NCBI GenBank assembly: GCA_017444825.1
Contig: JAFSVU010000020.1
Coordinates: forward strand, 4,374 to 68,373
DNA from: Clostridia bacterium
GTDB lineage: Bacteria; Bacillota; Clostridia; UBA1212
Length of the DNA: 64,000 nt
Reading direction: 5' to 3'
Notes under the pieces: generated by a model
The model's input: only the letters and a program-made list of their open reading frames with translations
What the model was told of the DNA's origin: nothing
The model's database searches: none
In this document: one piece after another, positions 48,753-58,723 of the stretch
Position numbering within the stretch: position 1 is the stretch's first letter
Layout of the letters: every line of letters begins with the position of its first letter
Made by a program: the position numbers and the translations under genes

Positions 48753-51374
48753 TCAAGGCTTCATGTCTCTCTCACTGCTGCAGGTGAGGTATATGATCTG
48801 CTTGGTCTCGCCGATCCTTCTCAATAGTTTTTTCACCGCCTCGAGGTTTGCATTGCTGAGGCTCATGAACGGATCATCGAGCACCATGAAGCACCTGTCG
48901 CCGCCCATTATACCCTCCGCAAGAGCCAGCTTCACGCAGAGCGCGACACAGGCCAGCTGTCCCGTGCTGAGATGTTCCTGCTTCCTTAAGGCGCCGCTCT
49001 TTTCAAATTCCACAGTAAAGTCCCTACGGAGAGTTATCCCGGCTCCCACCGCATTTTCAAGGTCCTTTCTGTACGTCTCGAAACGGGCTGTCACCGGCCC
49101 CATGTGCCTGTCCTTAAGCTCCTTTTCGGCTTTTTCCAAAAGCCTGTCTGCCAAGGTCAGCTCGGCGTAAAACACTTTTGCGTCATTCAGCTTTTCCTCT
49201 GTGTCCATGATATTGGCCTCGAATTCGCCGATACGCTCCGTCTCGTTTTCATCACGCCTGATGGATATCTCCACCTCCCGGAGCCTGCCCTCCAATGTGA
49301 CGATGTTATTGCTGTAGAGAGCTTCCGCGCCGTCCGGAACGGGACCCGGCCGCTCTTCATCCCCGAGGCCTGCCCTGAAGCCTGCAAGCCTTGACTCCGA
49401 AGACGTGATCTCCCCTGAGAGGACCCCTATCAGAGTTACATCGGTTTTCACAGTCTCGGGGTCTGAGATAAGTTCCTCCGCTGTGACATCAGGCATATAT
49501 TTTTCGATAAAATCCGATATGACAGCAAGTGCCGAGGATGTGGTGTAGCTGGTGCTTGCGGCATTCTTTTTCTTTACCGACAGCGCCTCAAGCTCCCTCT
49601 TCATGGATTTTAAGGCGTCAAAGCGTTCCCTGAGACTGCCTTCGCTGATACCGTAGACCTTGAAATATTTTTCAAGATCGCGCTCCTTTTCGGCCGCATT
49701 TTCCCTGAGGCTTGCGATCTCAGTTTCCTCACGCTTTGCCGCGGATACGCTCCTCCGGTAATACTCCACGTGGGATAAAAACACCCCCGCACCGTTATCT
49801 GACGTATACTCTTCGCCAAAGGCACCAAGGCGTCCCGAAAGCTCAGCCTTTGCATCCCGGGCTTTCTTTTCAAGCTCACCGATCTTTTCTAAGCCCGTTC
49901 CTTTTTTTCTGACGGCAGCCCTACCTATCAAAAGGCCGAGACCTGTGGCAAATAACACCGCTCCCGCACCTGCGGCTGCGTAGAAAAGTGCCGGAGATAT
50001 GCCTGCATTTGCAACCTTAAGTATGACGCCTGCGGCAACGGCAAGTATCCCGAGGGTGAGAAGCACTGCACCTGCAACGGCCATGCCCGTCTCCCTGCGC
50101 CTCATTTTTTCTTTTAAAGCCTCGTGGTCTGAAGCGCCGTTTCTGAACGCGTTTTCGGCATCCTGAGCGGCTTTCGTAAGGCCCGGGATGTCGTTTTCAA
50201 GGGATGATATTTCATTTTCTCTTCCCCCGAACCTCTCCTCAAGCTTTTTCTGTTCCGGATCTTCCGCTCCCCGCCTCAGATTTTCCTCCCTGCTGTCGGC
50301 ACTGTTTTTTGTCCGTTCCACCTCGGATATATCAGCCTCAAGAAGCCCGAAATCTGCACCGAACAAACTGTCATCACCGTAAGCTCCGATCCTGCCCTCG
50401 GCACAGTTCCTTGACAGATCGTCAAGCCGCGCCTCTTCCTCCGGTCCGAAACCAATGACGTCAGCTCTTCCCCGGTTTATCCTGACAGCCTCCGCGGCGT
50501 TCCGCATCCCGTCCACTTCACTGAGTTCCGGAAGCTTTCCCGGAAACCGCCCGGTCTTTTCCTCAAGGCGTCTCTTCTTTTCGACCAGCTCAGCCATGCC
50601 CCGGTCGTAGTCGTCCCACTTTTCAATGAGCCTCCGCCTGCGCCTGATATCCTCCACCAGAGCCTTGTTGGTTCTAAGCCCCTCCAGCAGTTTCTCCCGC
50701 TCCTCATATTTTGCAGGAAGCCCGTCCCTAACCGCCTCAAGCCTCCTGAGTTCCAGTTTGAGACTCGTCAGCCTGTCCTCAAGTATCGGTATCCTGCTGT
50801 GGGTGTCGGCACGTCTGGTCTTCGGCTGAAGCTCGGTCTTTGCCTTGTCCAGTTCCTCCCTGGCCTTGGCGTAAAGCAGGTTCTCATCGTTTTCGAAATT
50901 TCCTATTTTACCGCTTATTTCACTGTTTCCCGAGGGGATCATCGTGAACGGGTTCATGTACGCGAGATTTCTGAAGGTGTCGGGGCCCACGCCCAGAAGC
51001 TCATAACCAATGTCATTGCCGCAGGACACCTCGTCCCCGTTAACATAAAACTTGACAGTATCTCCGGTCAGGCTCTTCCTGTCAAACTGCCGCTCTATCC
51101 TGCAGCGCTTCTCCACGCCGTCGATGGCATGCGTAAAAGTCATGGAGCCGCCGAAGGACGACCCGTCAAAGGGCATATAGTGGGCTCTCGGTTTAAGTTC
51201 CTTGTCTCTGGCATTTAACGAATCCATGCCGTAGAGCATTGCCGTGATGAACTCGCAGAGGGTACTTTTGCCCTCGCCGTTGTCCCACAAAAAAGAGTTG
51301 AGGCCGCCTATAAAACCGATCTTCTGACCGGAGAGCTTTCCGAAACCCGCTATGTATATCTCCAGAAGCTTCAT
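48753..51374 (-). CDS. SbcC/Rad50-like ATPase with internal TM helices (B. subtilis YhaN/SbcE-like)
   Basis: Walker A DNGEGKST at N-terminus. Long coiled coils with a central hydrophobic pair of helices. C-terminal signature/D-loop CFMVLDDPFMSLS. Confidence 0.7.
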   Translation of the reverse strand: MKLLEIYIAGFGKLSGQKIGFIGGLNSFLWDNGEGKSTLCEFITAMLYGMDSLNARDKELKPRAHYMPFDGSSFGGSMTFTHAIDGVEKRCRIERQFDRKSLTGDTVKFYVNGDEVSCGNDIGYELLGVGPDTFRNLAYMNPFTMIPSGNSEISGKIGNFENDENLLYAKAREELDKAKTELQPKTRRADTHSRIPILEDRLTSLKLELRRLEAVRDGLPAKYEEREKLLEGLRTNKALVEDIRRRRRLIEKWDDYDRGMAELVEKKRRLEEKTGRFPGKLPELSEVDGMRNAAEAVRINRGRADVIGFGPEEEARLDDLSRNCAEGRIGAYGDDSLFGADFGLLEADISEVERTKNSADSREENLRRGAEDPEQKKLEERFGGRENEISSLENDIPGLTKAAQDAENAFRNGASDHEALKEKMRRRETGMAVAGAVLLTLGILAVAAGVILKVANAGISPALFYAAAGAGAVLFATGLGLLIGRAAVRKKGTGLEKIGELEKKARDAKAELSGRLGAFGEEYTSDNGAGVFLSHVEYYRRSVSAAKREETEIASLRENAAEKERDLEKYFKVYGISEGSLRERFDALKSMKRELEALSVKKKNAASTSYTTSSALAVISDFIEKYMPDVTAEELISDPETVKTDVTLIGVLSGEITSSESRLAGFRAGLGDEERPGPVPDGAEALYSNNIVTLEGRLREVEISIRRDENETERIGEFEANIMDTEEKLNDAKVFYAELTLADRLLEKAEKELKDRHMGPVTARFETYRKDLENAVGAGITLRRDFTVEFEKSGALRKQEHLSTGQLACVALCVKLALAEGIMGGDRCFMVLDDPFMSLSNANLEAVKKLLRRIGETKQIIYLTCSSERDMKP

Positions 51375-51380
51375 GACGGG

Positions 51381-52451
51381 TCACCTCTCTTTCTTGTAAT
51401 CTGCCAGATCGCCGTAGAGCGCCTTCAGTCCGATGGTTATGATCCTCGATCTGTCAAGCTCCTCCGGAATATCCGCATCCCTTGCCAGGCGCACGAACTC
51501 TCCCGCGAGAGTCTCCTCCGTTGCGACGGCGTCAACGTCGACCCCGGATCTTGTTTCGTCCTTCACCGACACATTGTAGAATCTGTGCTTCAGCCTCTCC
51601 TTCGTATCAGCCGCCAGACCCGCGGTGTCAAAAGAGGTCTCGCCCGTAAATACAAGGCGGAGGATGTCTTTTTGAGGGATGTCACCCGTCATCGCGATGG
51701 CCATCGCCAATGCCTCCTGCTTGTCCCGGGCCCCGGTAACGTCCGTCTCCACAAGTCTTATAGTCCTTTGAGCAAAGGGAATGAAGCGGTGGCTCACACC
51801 GGCACCCGTCTCCAGCTCCACGAAGCCCTTTTCACCGGTCTCGTCAAAGCCCCTTCCTTCAGGACACCCGCAATAGACATATTTTCCCCTCCCGTCAATA
51901 TCGCCGCAGGAGTAGGAATGCACGTGGCCGAGAGCAACGTAGTCGATGCCCTTCCCCGCGTAGTCCCTGATCACTATGTCGTCGTCAGTGGAACCGGTCT
52001 GCCCGTGGAGCATCACGATATTGATGTCATTAGGATCGCATATCAGACTCTCCGCAGCTGCCCTCTTCCCCTTTTCCGGAAGCTCTATGCCGTAAACGCA
52101 CACGTTCCCGAACCGGTAGCAGGTCCACTCAGGGCCGAAGGTGAAAAGGTTGGGAAGCTCCTCGGTAAAAGAGGTCACGCAGTCGTGGTTTCCCTTTAAG
52201 TAGAGAAATCTAATGTTCGGATGTCTCTTCACCACATCGTAAAAATAGTCCTTGTCCGTTCTCGGGGGGAGATTGGCGTCGAATACGTCACCCGCAAGAA
52301 GCATAAGTTCAGCGCCTCTTGACTCCGCGTAGTCGGCCATATTGGCGAACGTACCTACAAGTTCCCTCCGCCTCTCCGCGATCTTGTCTGCGGGAAGTGC
52401 GCTGCCGAGGGACGAACCAAGGTGCAAATCAGCTGTGTGTATGATCCTCAT
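51381..52451 (-). CDS. SbcD/Mre11-like metallophosphoesterase (YhaO-like)
   Basis: MRIIHTADLHLG...LLAGDVFD...GNHD calcineurin-like motifs. Confidence 0.8.
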   Translation of the reverse strand: MRIIHTADLHLGSSLGSALPADKIAERRRELVGTFANMADYAESRGAELMLLAGDVFDANLPPRTDKDYFYDVVKRHPNIRFLYLKGNHDCVTSFTEELPNLFTFGPEWTCYRFGNVCVYGIELPEKGKRAAAESLICDPNDINIVMLHGQTGSTDDDIVIRDYAGKGIDYVALGHVHSYSCGDIDGRGKYVYCGCPEGRGFDETGEKGFVELETGAGVSHRFIPFAQRTIRLVETDVTGARDKQEALAMAIAMTGDIPQKDILRLVFTGETSFDTAGLAADTKERLKHRFYNVSVKDETRSGVDVDAVATEETLAGEFVRLARDADIPEELDRSRIITIGLKALYGDLADYKKER

Positions 52452-52478
52452 AATCCACCTAACAAATAAACCGTTTAC

Positions 52479-53357
52479 CTATTTTTTGAAATATGCATAA
52501 ACCATGGGCAGCAGGGAAAGCACCGTAAGAAGCGCAAACACCGCCCCCGATATCACCATCAGGGTGTTTCTTATATCCTCAAACATGGCAAGGGACACAC
52601 CCGTATCCTCCCAGCCGCCGTGGTCAAGAGCCAAAAACTCCGAATCGGTCTTAAGATAGTAGTCATAGCCGGGCTCCGTGCCGTTGTCGTCCCAGGTCAC
52701 GTCCACGTGATACCACTTGAAGCCCAGTTTTACCGCGTTCCAGGTGTGGTCGGAATTGGTTTTTACCCCGTATTCGATGCCGAACCGCTTGGCCAGTGCG
52801 CTGAAAAGCGACGTGTACCCGTTACAGGTGCCCACTCCTCTTTCGATCATCGACAATGCATTCCCGCTCGCCAGAGAATGGTCGTACTCATAATTTTCTA
52901 TGATGTAGTCGTGGATCCACTTCACCGCCTCCCGGTCGTTTGAAAACCCCGGCGCCGATCCCGCTATACTGTCTACCGCATTGTTGAAGCGCTCAAGATT
53001 CCTCTCGTAGTCGCCGGCGTAGCTGTTGATGTTAAACATGTAGGTCACGGTGTCGTTCATTGATATGTACGAATAACTGTCCACAATGAAAAGCTCCGGG
53101 GTCGAAAAAACCGCCCTCTTCACCGCCATCTCAGAAAGCATCGTCTTTTTCAAAGTTATGGACGTGCGGCCCGAAACCAATGCCTCGCAGGTCTTTTCGT
53201 AGTACTCCTGGTACTTTGCCTCCATCACCGCCGCGGCAATGCTCACACCGATAGCCAGGACCAGCGTAATGACCGGCACCAGAAACGCAGTCAGCGTCGT
53301 TGAATGGTAATTCCCTTTTCGAGTCCTGAACGTAAAAACCAATGGGTCCTCCCGCAA
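52479..53357 (-). CDS. Membrane-anchored transglutaminase-like cysteine protease domain protein
   Basis: GVGTCNGYTSLFSALAKRFGI ... DHTWN ... D (Cys-His-Asp core). N- and C-terminal TM helices. Confidence 0.6.
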   Translation of the reverse strand: MREDPLVFTFRTRKGNYHSTTLTAFLVPVITLVLAIGVSIAAAVMEAKYQEYYEKTCEALVSGRTSITLKKTMLSEMAVKRAVFSTPELFIVDSYSYISMNDTVTYMFNINSYAGDYERNLERFNNAVDSIAGSAPGFSNDREAVKWIHDYIIENYEYDHSLASGNALSMIERGVGTCNGYTSLFSALAKRFGIEYGVKTNSDHTWNAVKLGFKWYHVDVTWDDNGTEPGYDYYLKTDSEFLALDHGGWEDTGVSLAMFEDIRNTLMVISGAVFALLTVLSLLPMVYAYFKK

Positions 53358-53379
53358 AGCAAAATTTGAAGTTTTTTTG

Positions 53380-55083
53380 TCAGTTCTTTTTCTTTCCGAT
53401 CACGACTCCGATGAGCACGCATATCGCGCAGAGCGCCAGCACTCCCACAACGATAAGGACGATAAACAGCGGATTCAGGTCCGTGCTGTTCCCGTTCGAG
53501 GGCTCTCCGGTTTTCTCAGGTTCAGCGGTCTCTCCGTTCTCCGGTGTCTTTTCTCCGGCATCAGGCTCTTTCGTGGTCCCGTCGGGGGCTTTTGTGGGTT
53601 CCTCACCATCCGGGGTGGGAGTCACCTCCTCCGCTTTTTCAAGCATCACCGAGAATATGAGGTGACCGCCTGAAGTGTAGCCTCTGTCGTCCACGGCGTA
53701 GACCTCATAGTAAAACACCTTTCCGGCGTCCTTCTCGTCAATGGCAGGCAGGTCTATGCTGTAGCCGTTGCCGAGGGGATGGGCCCTGTCCGGAGTTCCG
53801 TCACTGTCGCAGGGGAACCAGTCAACGGAGCACTCCGAAATGTTGTTTTCGAGAACGGCCTCCACCGAGACAGGCTTGCCTGCCTCCTTCACGACTATCG
53901 CCTCACCCTGGGCAACGGACACCTTGATCTGTTCATCATCGCCCTCTATGCCCGAAGGAAGAAGCGTGTAGGGGATGACAGCCGCGCAGGAACGTTTTGC
54001 TCCGTCCGTCTCCTGAACAGTGACCAATACGTATTGATCCATCATCATCTCCCCAGCCGGGATGCCCTTCAGCATGACCGAGTAGCCCTTTCCGAAGGAT
54101 TTGTCGCCGGTCTTCTCGCCAAGAGCATCGCAGTAGAACCACTGGATATTCACCTGGCCATTGGCGTTTTCAACCTCCACCTTGGCGTTGGTCTCCTGAA
54201 GCGCATGGTACGTGTAGAACTGGATCTCTCCGTCTGCGGGCTTGACAGTGAGATTGTTTTCGCCAAGGGTCGGGAAGGTTTTGCAAATAAATCCAACCTT
54301 TTTGGCATCGTCGCCCACAAGCTTTGTTCCCGTGGCGGCGGCTTCATTGTTTATGGTGGCGCCTATCACACCCGCAAGAGTTGATCCGGATTTCGCCATT
54401 ACCTCGATGTAGAATCTGTAGGCACAGCCCTCCTTGAACTTGCTTGACTGGTTCGGATCCAGCGCTGTCCAGGTAAGTCCGCCGTCGGAAGACTCGTCCC
54501 AGCGTGCTCCCGCACCCGCAAGCGAAGCAATTACGTCGGAATATTCGCTTATCTTGAACGAGTATGAAACGTCCTCACCTGCCTTCGGGGTGACCACGTC
54601 GGTGATTCCTACAAAAGACACCAATCCTTCCCACGTGAGAGGTCCGAAATCCTTTGAAACAGTCAGCGTTTTTCCGCTGATGGAGTAATCGGCGGCGGCT
54701 CCGTTGATCTTAACGGTCAGGTTGCCCTCGTCCCATGAACAGTTCTGTTCGGGCTCATACTCCGCCATAAAACGGTAATAATAGTTTTCCTTGAAGAACT
54801 GCCTGCTCCCGTCGCCAAAAGACTCATAGCCCATGGGCATTAATGTGTAATCCTTGCCGTCCTTGGATTCATACCAGCGTCCTCCCGGGCCCGCCGTTAC
54901 GGCTGTAAACTCTGTCTGGTTCACAACAGCCCAATTGTACTCAGGCTCCCATCCGACAACGGGCTCCGTAAGATCTTTTATTTCCACGGTGCTGATGACT
55001 GACCCTGCAAACGCACTCAGTCCGAATGCGCCGACCGCCAGCATAACTGCCAGCAAAGCAGCAAACAACTTAGATATTTTCAT
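53380..55083 (-). CDS. Cell-surface repeat protein with C-terminal Pro/Glu/Thr stalk and TM anchor
   Basis: Start MKISKLFAALLAVMLAVGAFG after GGGAGGA RBS (ATG 55083). Repeated ~120-aa modules (RWYESKDG / RWDESSDGG). C-terminus ...LFIVLIVVGVLALCAICVLIGVVIGKKKN. Confidence 0.55.
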   Translation of the reverse strand: MKISKLFAALLAVMLAVGAFGLSAFAGSVISTVEIKDLTEPVVGWEPEYNWAVVNQTEFTAVTAGPGGRWYESKDGKDYTLMPMGYESFGDGSRQFFKENYYYRFMAEYEPEQNCSWDEGNLTVKINGAAADYSISGKTLTVSKDFGPLTWEGLVSFVGITDVVTPKAGEDVSYSFKISEYSDVIASLAGAGARWDESSDGGLTWTALDPNQSSKFKEGCAYRFYIEVMAKSGSTLAGVIGATINNEAAATGTKLVGDDAKKVGFICKTFPTLGENNLTVKPADGEIQFYTYHALQETNAKVEVENANGQVNIQWFYCDALGEKTGDKSFGKGYSVMLKGIPAGEMMMDQYVLVTVQETDGAKRSCAAVIPYTLLPSGIEGDDEQIKVSVAQGEAIVVKEAGKPVSVEAVLENNISECSVDWFPCDSDGTPDRAHPLGNGYSIDLPAIDEKDAGKVFYYEVYAVDDRGYTSGGHLIFSVMLEKAEEVTPTPDGEEPTKAPDGTTKEPDAGEKTPENGETAEPEKTGEPSNGNSTDLNPLFIVLIVVGVLALCAICVLIGVVIGKKKN

Positions 55084-55264
55084 AATGATCCTCCCAAAAC
55101 CAACAAGACCGGAAGCCTGCCGGTCAATGTCATTGTATCGTGTAAGAGGTGTGTTTTCAAGCAAAACTGCGCTATTTCGGCCGGTGAAGCGCCAAGCGGT
55201 TGATTTTCGGCACCGTTTCGGGTATGATTCCCTGGTCTTTAAGTTTAAGACAGGCGGAGGCATC

Positions 55265-55819
55265 ATGGAAAAAAGTCAGTCAAAAGCAGATCCGGTCACG
55301 ATCGTAAAAGTCGACCGGGTTGAAATAAGGGAAACGACAAAGGCGGATCTTAAGGACGTTCAGAGGCTCTGGGCAGACGGCGACGTCATGAAATTTGTGG
55401 GGTTCCCGGATGGGCTCCGCAACACTGACGAGGAGATGGAGGACTGGTACGGCTGGATCGACGCTGGCAGGCCCCTTATCAACCACTTCTCGGTTTTTGA
55501 GAACGGAGTCTACTCCGGTGAATCGTTTTACGAGATCAGCAGGGAACACGGAAACTATGCAGCTGTTGACATAAAGCTTTTCGGTTTCGCAAGAGGACGG
55601 GGCATCGCCGCAAAAGCGCTGTCCTTCGCCGTCAATGAGGCATTCAGAAACGGTGCGGAAAAGGTCTGGGTGGACCCAAATCCCGAAAACGCCAAAGCCA
55701 TCGCCCTCTACAAGCGCTTGGGCTTTGAAAAAAAGGAAAGGCCATCATTCACGGTTTCAAGCGACTGGGCCCCCTCCTCGGTCTATATGGAGCTTGGCAA
55801 AGAAAAGCATCGCCAATGA
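55265..55819 (+). CDS. GNAT-family N-acetyltransferase
   Basis: GGAGG RBS, ATG 55265. ARGRGIAAKALSFAVNEAF...LYKRLGFE acetyl-CoA binding motif. Confidence 0.75.
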   Translation: MEKSQSKADPVTIVKVDRVEIRETTKADLKDVQRLWADGDVMKFVGFPDGLRNTDEEMEDWYGWIDAGRPLINHFSVFENGVYSGESFYEISREHGNYAAVDIKLFGFARGRGIAAKALSFAVNEAFRNGAEKVWVDPNPENAKAIALYKRLGFEKKERPSFTVSSDWAPSSVYMELGKEKHRQ

Positions 55820-55930
55820 TTCGGCCTCGCACCCGTCTGCAAGTCCGGTGTGTCATGCCGCGATGCACCCCACGGGCCCTAAAAAAGATATTGACACAAA
55901 ACCGGTATTTTGTTATACTCTCAAGGCCGT

Positions 55931-56008
55931 GGTGGCTATAGCTCAGTTGGTTAGAGTACCAGGTTGTGGCCCTGGGGGCCGTGGGTTCGAGTCCCACTAG
56001 CCACCCCA
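55931..56008 (+). tRNA. tRNA-His (anticodon GUG) with G-1 and encoded CCA
   Basis: Acceptor stem GTGGCTA/TAGCCAC with extra 5' G paired to C73. Anticodon loop TTGTGGC. T-arm GTGGGTTCGAGTCCCAC. 3' CCCA. Confidence 0.85.
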
Positions 56009-56055
56009 TAGAAAAAGCGAGATGAACTGTGTTTGTCTCGCTTTTTCTATGGGGT
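56009..56055 (+). terminator. Terminator hairpin within a long inverted repeat that includes the tRNA 3' end
   Basis: ctagccaccccatagaaaaagcgaga...tctcgctttttctatggggtggctag is a ~28-bp perfect inverted repeat. The inner stem AAGCGAGA/TCTCGCTT is followed by TTTTC. Confidence 0.6.
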
Positions 56056-56096
56056 GGCTAGTTTGGTGGAGCGAGAATACACTAATAAAGGGGCCC

Positions 56097-56145
56097 CCGA
56101 AAGTGCTTGCACTTTTGGGGAGAAGGAGATGCGAGCGATGCAAAT
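56097..56145 (+). repeat. Hairpin+SD motif copy 1 (CCCCGAAAGTGC-tt-GCACTTTTGGGG-AGAAGGAG)
   Basis: 12-bp stem with one G-U, then AAGGAG and ATG codons. Three copies in the island (copies 1 and 2 by sequence, copy 3 by structure). Confidence 0.6.
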
Positions 56146-56215
56146 GCAGCCTTTCAAGAGGCGATCTTTTGTATTTCTTGGAAGGCGGAATCGGCAGCGC
56201 TCGCAGCGACGCGTA

Positions 56216-56230
56216 CCACTAGCCACCCCA
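56216..56230 (+). repeat. Direct repeat of the tRNA-His 3' end (att-like)
   Basis: CCACTAGCCACCCCA is identical to 55994-56008, and 17 of 18 bases match with the flank included. Confidence 0.6.
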
Positions 56231-56356
56231 AGGTGTTTAGACTACAAATATATGCACACGCAAAATCGGCTTTTTTTGCTTATTTTTGCTATCAAAAGGC
56301 CCAAAATTTTAGTGCGAAATAAAAAGATACAAAAGCCCTTTTTCGAAGGGAACATA

Positions 56357-56405
56357 TAGGGGACCCCGAAAGTGCTCGCACTTTTGGGGAAAAGGAGGCG
56401 CAGAG
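56357..56405 (+). repeat. Hairpin+SD motif copy 2
   Basis: GGGGACCCCGAAAGTGCTCGCACTTTTGGGGAAAAGGAGgcgcagagacgcaaacgaag. Confidence 0.6.
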
Positions 56406-56535
56406 ACGCAAACGAAGTGGTCCAAGCGAATACAATCTTATAATGCTTGAAACACGCAGTCGGCGTCTCTTGCGGTGACGCATTCGTACGCTATTGATCA
56501 AAGTCCCAGGGCTGTTTTTGTTATCAACAAATTCG

Positions 56536-57129
56536 TTACTCTTCGGAATAACTTCTCAAAAAATGATCGAATCCGAAAGACGATATCTTTTCAAGGATTT
56601 CGGAAACCGCCTCGGCAGACGGAGAAAAACCGTCGATGATCCATTTTCTGTAAACAGCGATCCTTCCCGCGACGGCAAATGTGAGGATCATATCGATTTG
56701 CGCAGGCGGAATCGACGTTTTTGAATTCAGAGTTGCCTTTAGCTTCTCCCTGACCGTATAGTTGATTTTTTCAAGAAAATTGATATTCTGATTGGCGAGC
56801 AATATTTTTGAATAAAACCCAATCTCAGACATTATCTCTTCGTTGACTTTTTCTAAAAACTGTTTCCGGCCGTAGATAAAATCGTCAAGATCTGTGTTCT
56901 CAAGAAGAACTTTGAACCTCGACAAAACAATATCCTCTATATCAGCTTCAATGTCTGCAATGGTCTTATAGTGCCGGTAAAAAGTCGTTCTGTTGATATT
57001 GCTTGCCTCGCACAAATCATTTACAGAGATGTAATCGCGATCTCTTTGTGACAGCAATTCCGCATACGCCTTTATGATTTCATCCCTTGTGGCTCTTGCC
57101 CGAGGATCTGAGCAATTCCTGTATAGCAT
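56536..57129 (-). CDS. TetR/AcrR-family transcriptional regulator
   Basis: Start MLYRN after GGGAG RBS. HTH ISVNDLCEASNINRTTFYRHY. Confidence 0.7.
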   Translation of the reverse strand: MLYRNCSDPRARATRDEIIKAYAELLSQRDRDYISVNDLCEASNINRTTFYRHYKTIADIEADIEDIVLSRFKVLLENTDLDDFIYGRKQFLEKVNEEIMSEIGFYSKILLANQNINFLEKINYTVREKLKATLNSKTSIPPAQIDMILTFAVAGRIAVYRKWIIDGFSPSAEAVSEILEKISSFGFDHFLRSYSEE

Positions 57130-57427
57130 CTTTTTTCTCCCAAAAAACATGAAATTCTCAACTTCTGCAACACTTTTCCCGGAAAAACGTTGCACAACTC
57201 CCGGTTAATTCATAGTATAATGTACTTGATGGTGAGTGTCAATGCAGGCCGATTGTTTTTTGCTGAAGAAATATATATGTGATCTGTGTGGCTTGGAAAC
57301 AGCTACAGGATCTCTTGATGCTGGTGTTAAATCCGTGGTGAAAAGACAACTCACTCCAATTGGTTTGTACAACGCTTTAATAAAGGATGCGTAGTTTCAC
57401 AAGAGCAAAGATTGGGTTTAGGAGATA

Positions 57428-58153
57428 ATGCAAATGAAATATAGAGTAGTAATTATTATAATGTGTGTTTTAATCTGCCTATGTGGCTGCTCGCCTAGCC
57501 ATTCTAATTTGCCACAAGACAACATATGTGTCAAATGGAAGTACCATCTCTCACCTTACCAACGCTCATCGTTTGTCTACAATGAGATTGAATATAGATT
57601 AGTAGATTCACAATGGGAAATTGATGAAGCCTCAACCCAAAAAATAGGTACCCTTTTGACGGGGGGGACTGGAGGAAGTTCGGCCCCGATAGTTGTATTT
57701 GGCATCCCAGTAATCAGTGGTTATCGAGATGCATATACATTTAGGTCTAATGAAGAAGAAATAAAGTTTATTGCGACCGCGGAAGCTATTTGGGTTGATT
57801 CTAGAATCAATTTCGACGACAAGGAAAACTTATCATTTTATAAACTCGGCATAATTATTGATTCGATATGTGACGAGAATAGTAATGAGTTAACGGCAGA
57901 AAAAAACTTTACTTTCGAAGAAATGATTGATAAGTCAGTTATTATCGAACAACAGGAGATTGCTACATGTTCATATAGGGTAAGACTATACTTAGAAGAA
58001 GTGAAGGGTTTGTTTTGTTACATTGAAATTGTTCGCATAAATGACTTACTTTATACCCCATTACAAATGTGTGCTTACATTAGTGGACAAGGACAGCAAT
58101 TAGTCTTACTAACAGACGAATGGACGAAATGCATCCTAAACCTTATCACTTGA
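57428..58153 (+). CDS. Hypothetical lipoprotein (AT-rich island cargo)
   Basis: MQMKYRVVIIIMCVLICLCGCS lipobox. RBS AGGAGATAATGCAA-ATG. Confidence 0.5.
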   Translation: MQMKYRVVIIIMCVLICLCGCSPSHSNLPQDNICVKWKYHLSPYQRSSFVYNEIEYRLVDSQWEIDEASTQKIGTLLTGGTGGSSAPIVVFGIPVISGYRDAYTFRSNEEEIKFIATAEAIWVDSRINFDDKENLSFYKLGIIIDSICDENSNELTAEKNFTFEEMIDKSVIIEQQEIATCSYRVRLYLEEVKGLFCYIEIVRINDLLYTPLQMCAYISGQGQQLVLLTDEWTKCILNLIT

Positions 58154-58723
58154 AGTGGTCTGGTATGGAAAAGTATTAGTGGGTAATGTGCTATACTATA
58201 CATGGCAAGGATGAGTAGAAAAATGCCAGGCAACAATTGGAGTGTGATGAAAAAGCCTTAGCTGTTTCGACAACGCAGTGTGATGTTTTTTCACCAAGGT
58301 AACGCTACCATCAGGCCCGTGTGGGGGCGACTCCATACAGGTTCAAGGCGGCGGCTCCGCACCAAATGGGACAAATCCGAACTCTAAGCCGATTGGCGAA
58401 GGGTTCGGATTTGTCGTTTATTTCGGCGATCTGAATTTGACCTCAGGCAAAAACAAACCAAATTGAAAAACGGAGTTCAAGAAAATGAATTTGAACATAG
58501 GTAAAATCGGAGTCTGGGGACTCCGGCATTATGAATTTCTTGAATATAGCGCACCAAACTGGACACTTCGGCCGCACTGATTGAACAGTTGCGACGCAGA
58601 AAACTGAACACCCTCGTCGTTTGAAACTGAACAGTATCGTCGGAGAAGTTGAACGCCGAAAATACAGGCGGTAATATGTTGCTACACGCAAGAGCGTGAA
58701 TACAACATAAGGAGGTCAAGAAT

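Noticed and set aside
56033-56359. 108-aa ORF downstream of tRNA-His
   Set aside because: Spans the tRNA 3' duplicate and hairpin motifs. Arg-rich low complexity. Probably noncoding, though a short peptide after hairpin copy 1 cannot be excluded.
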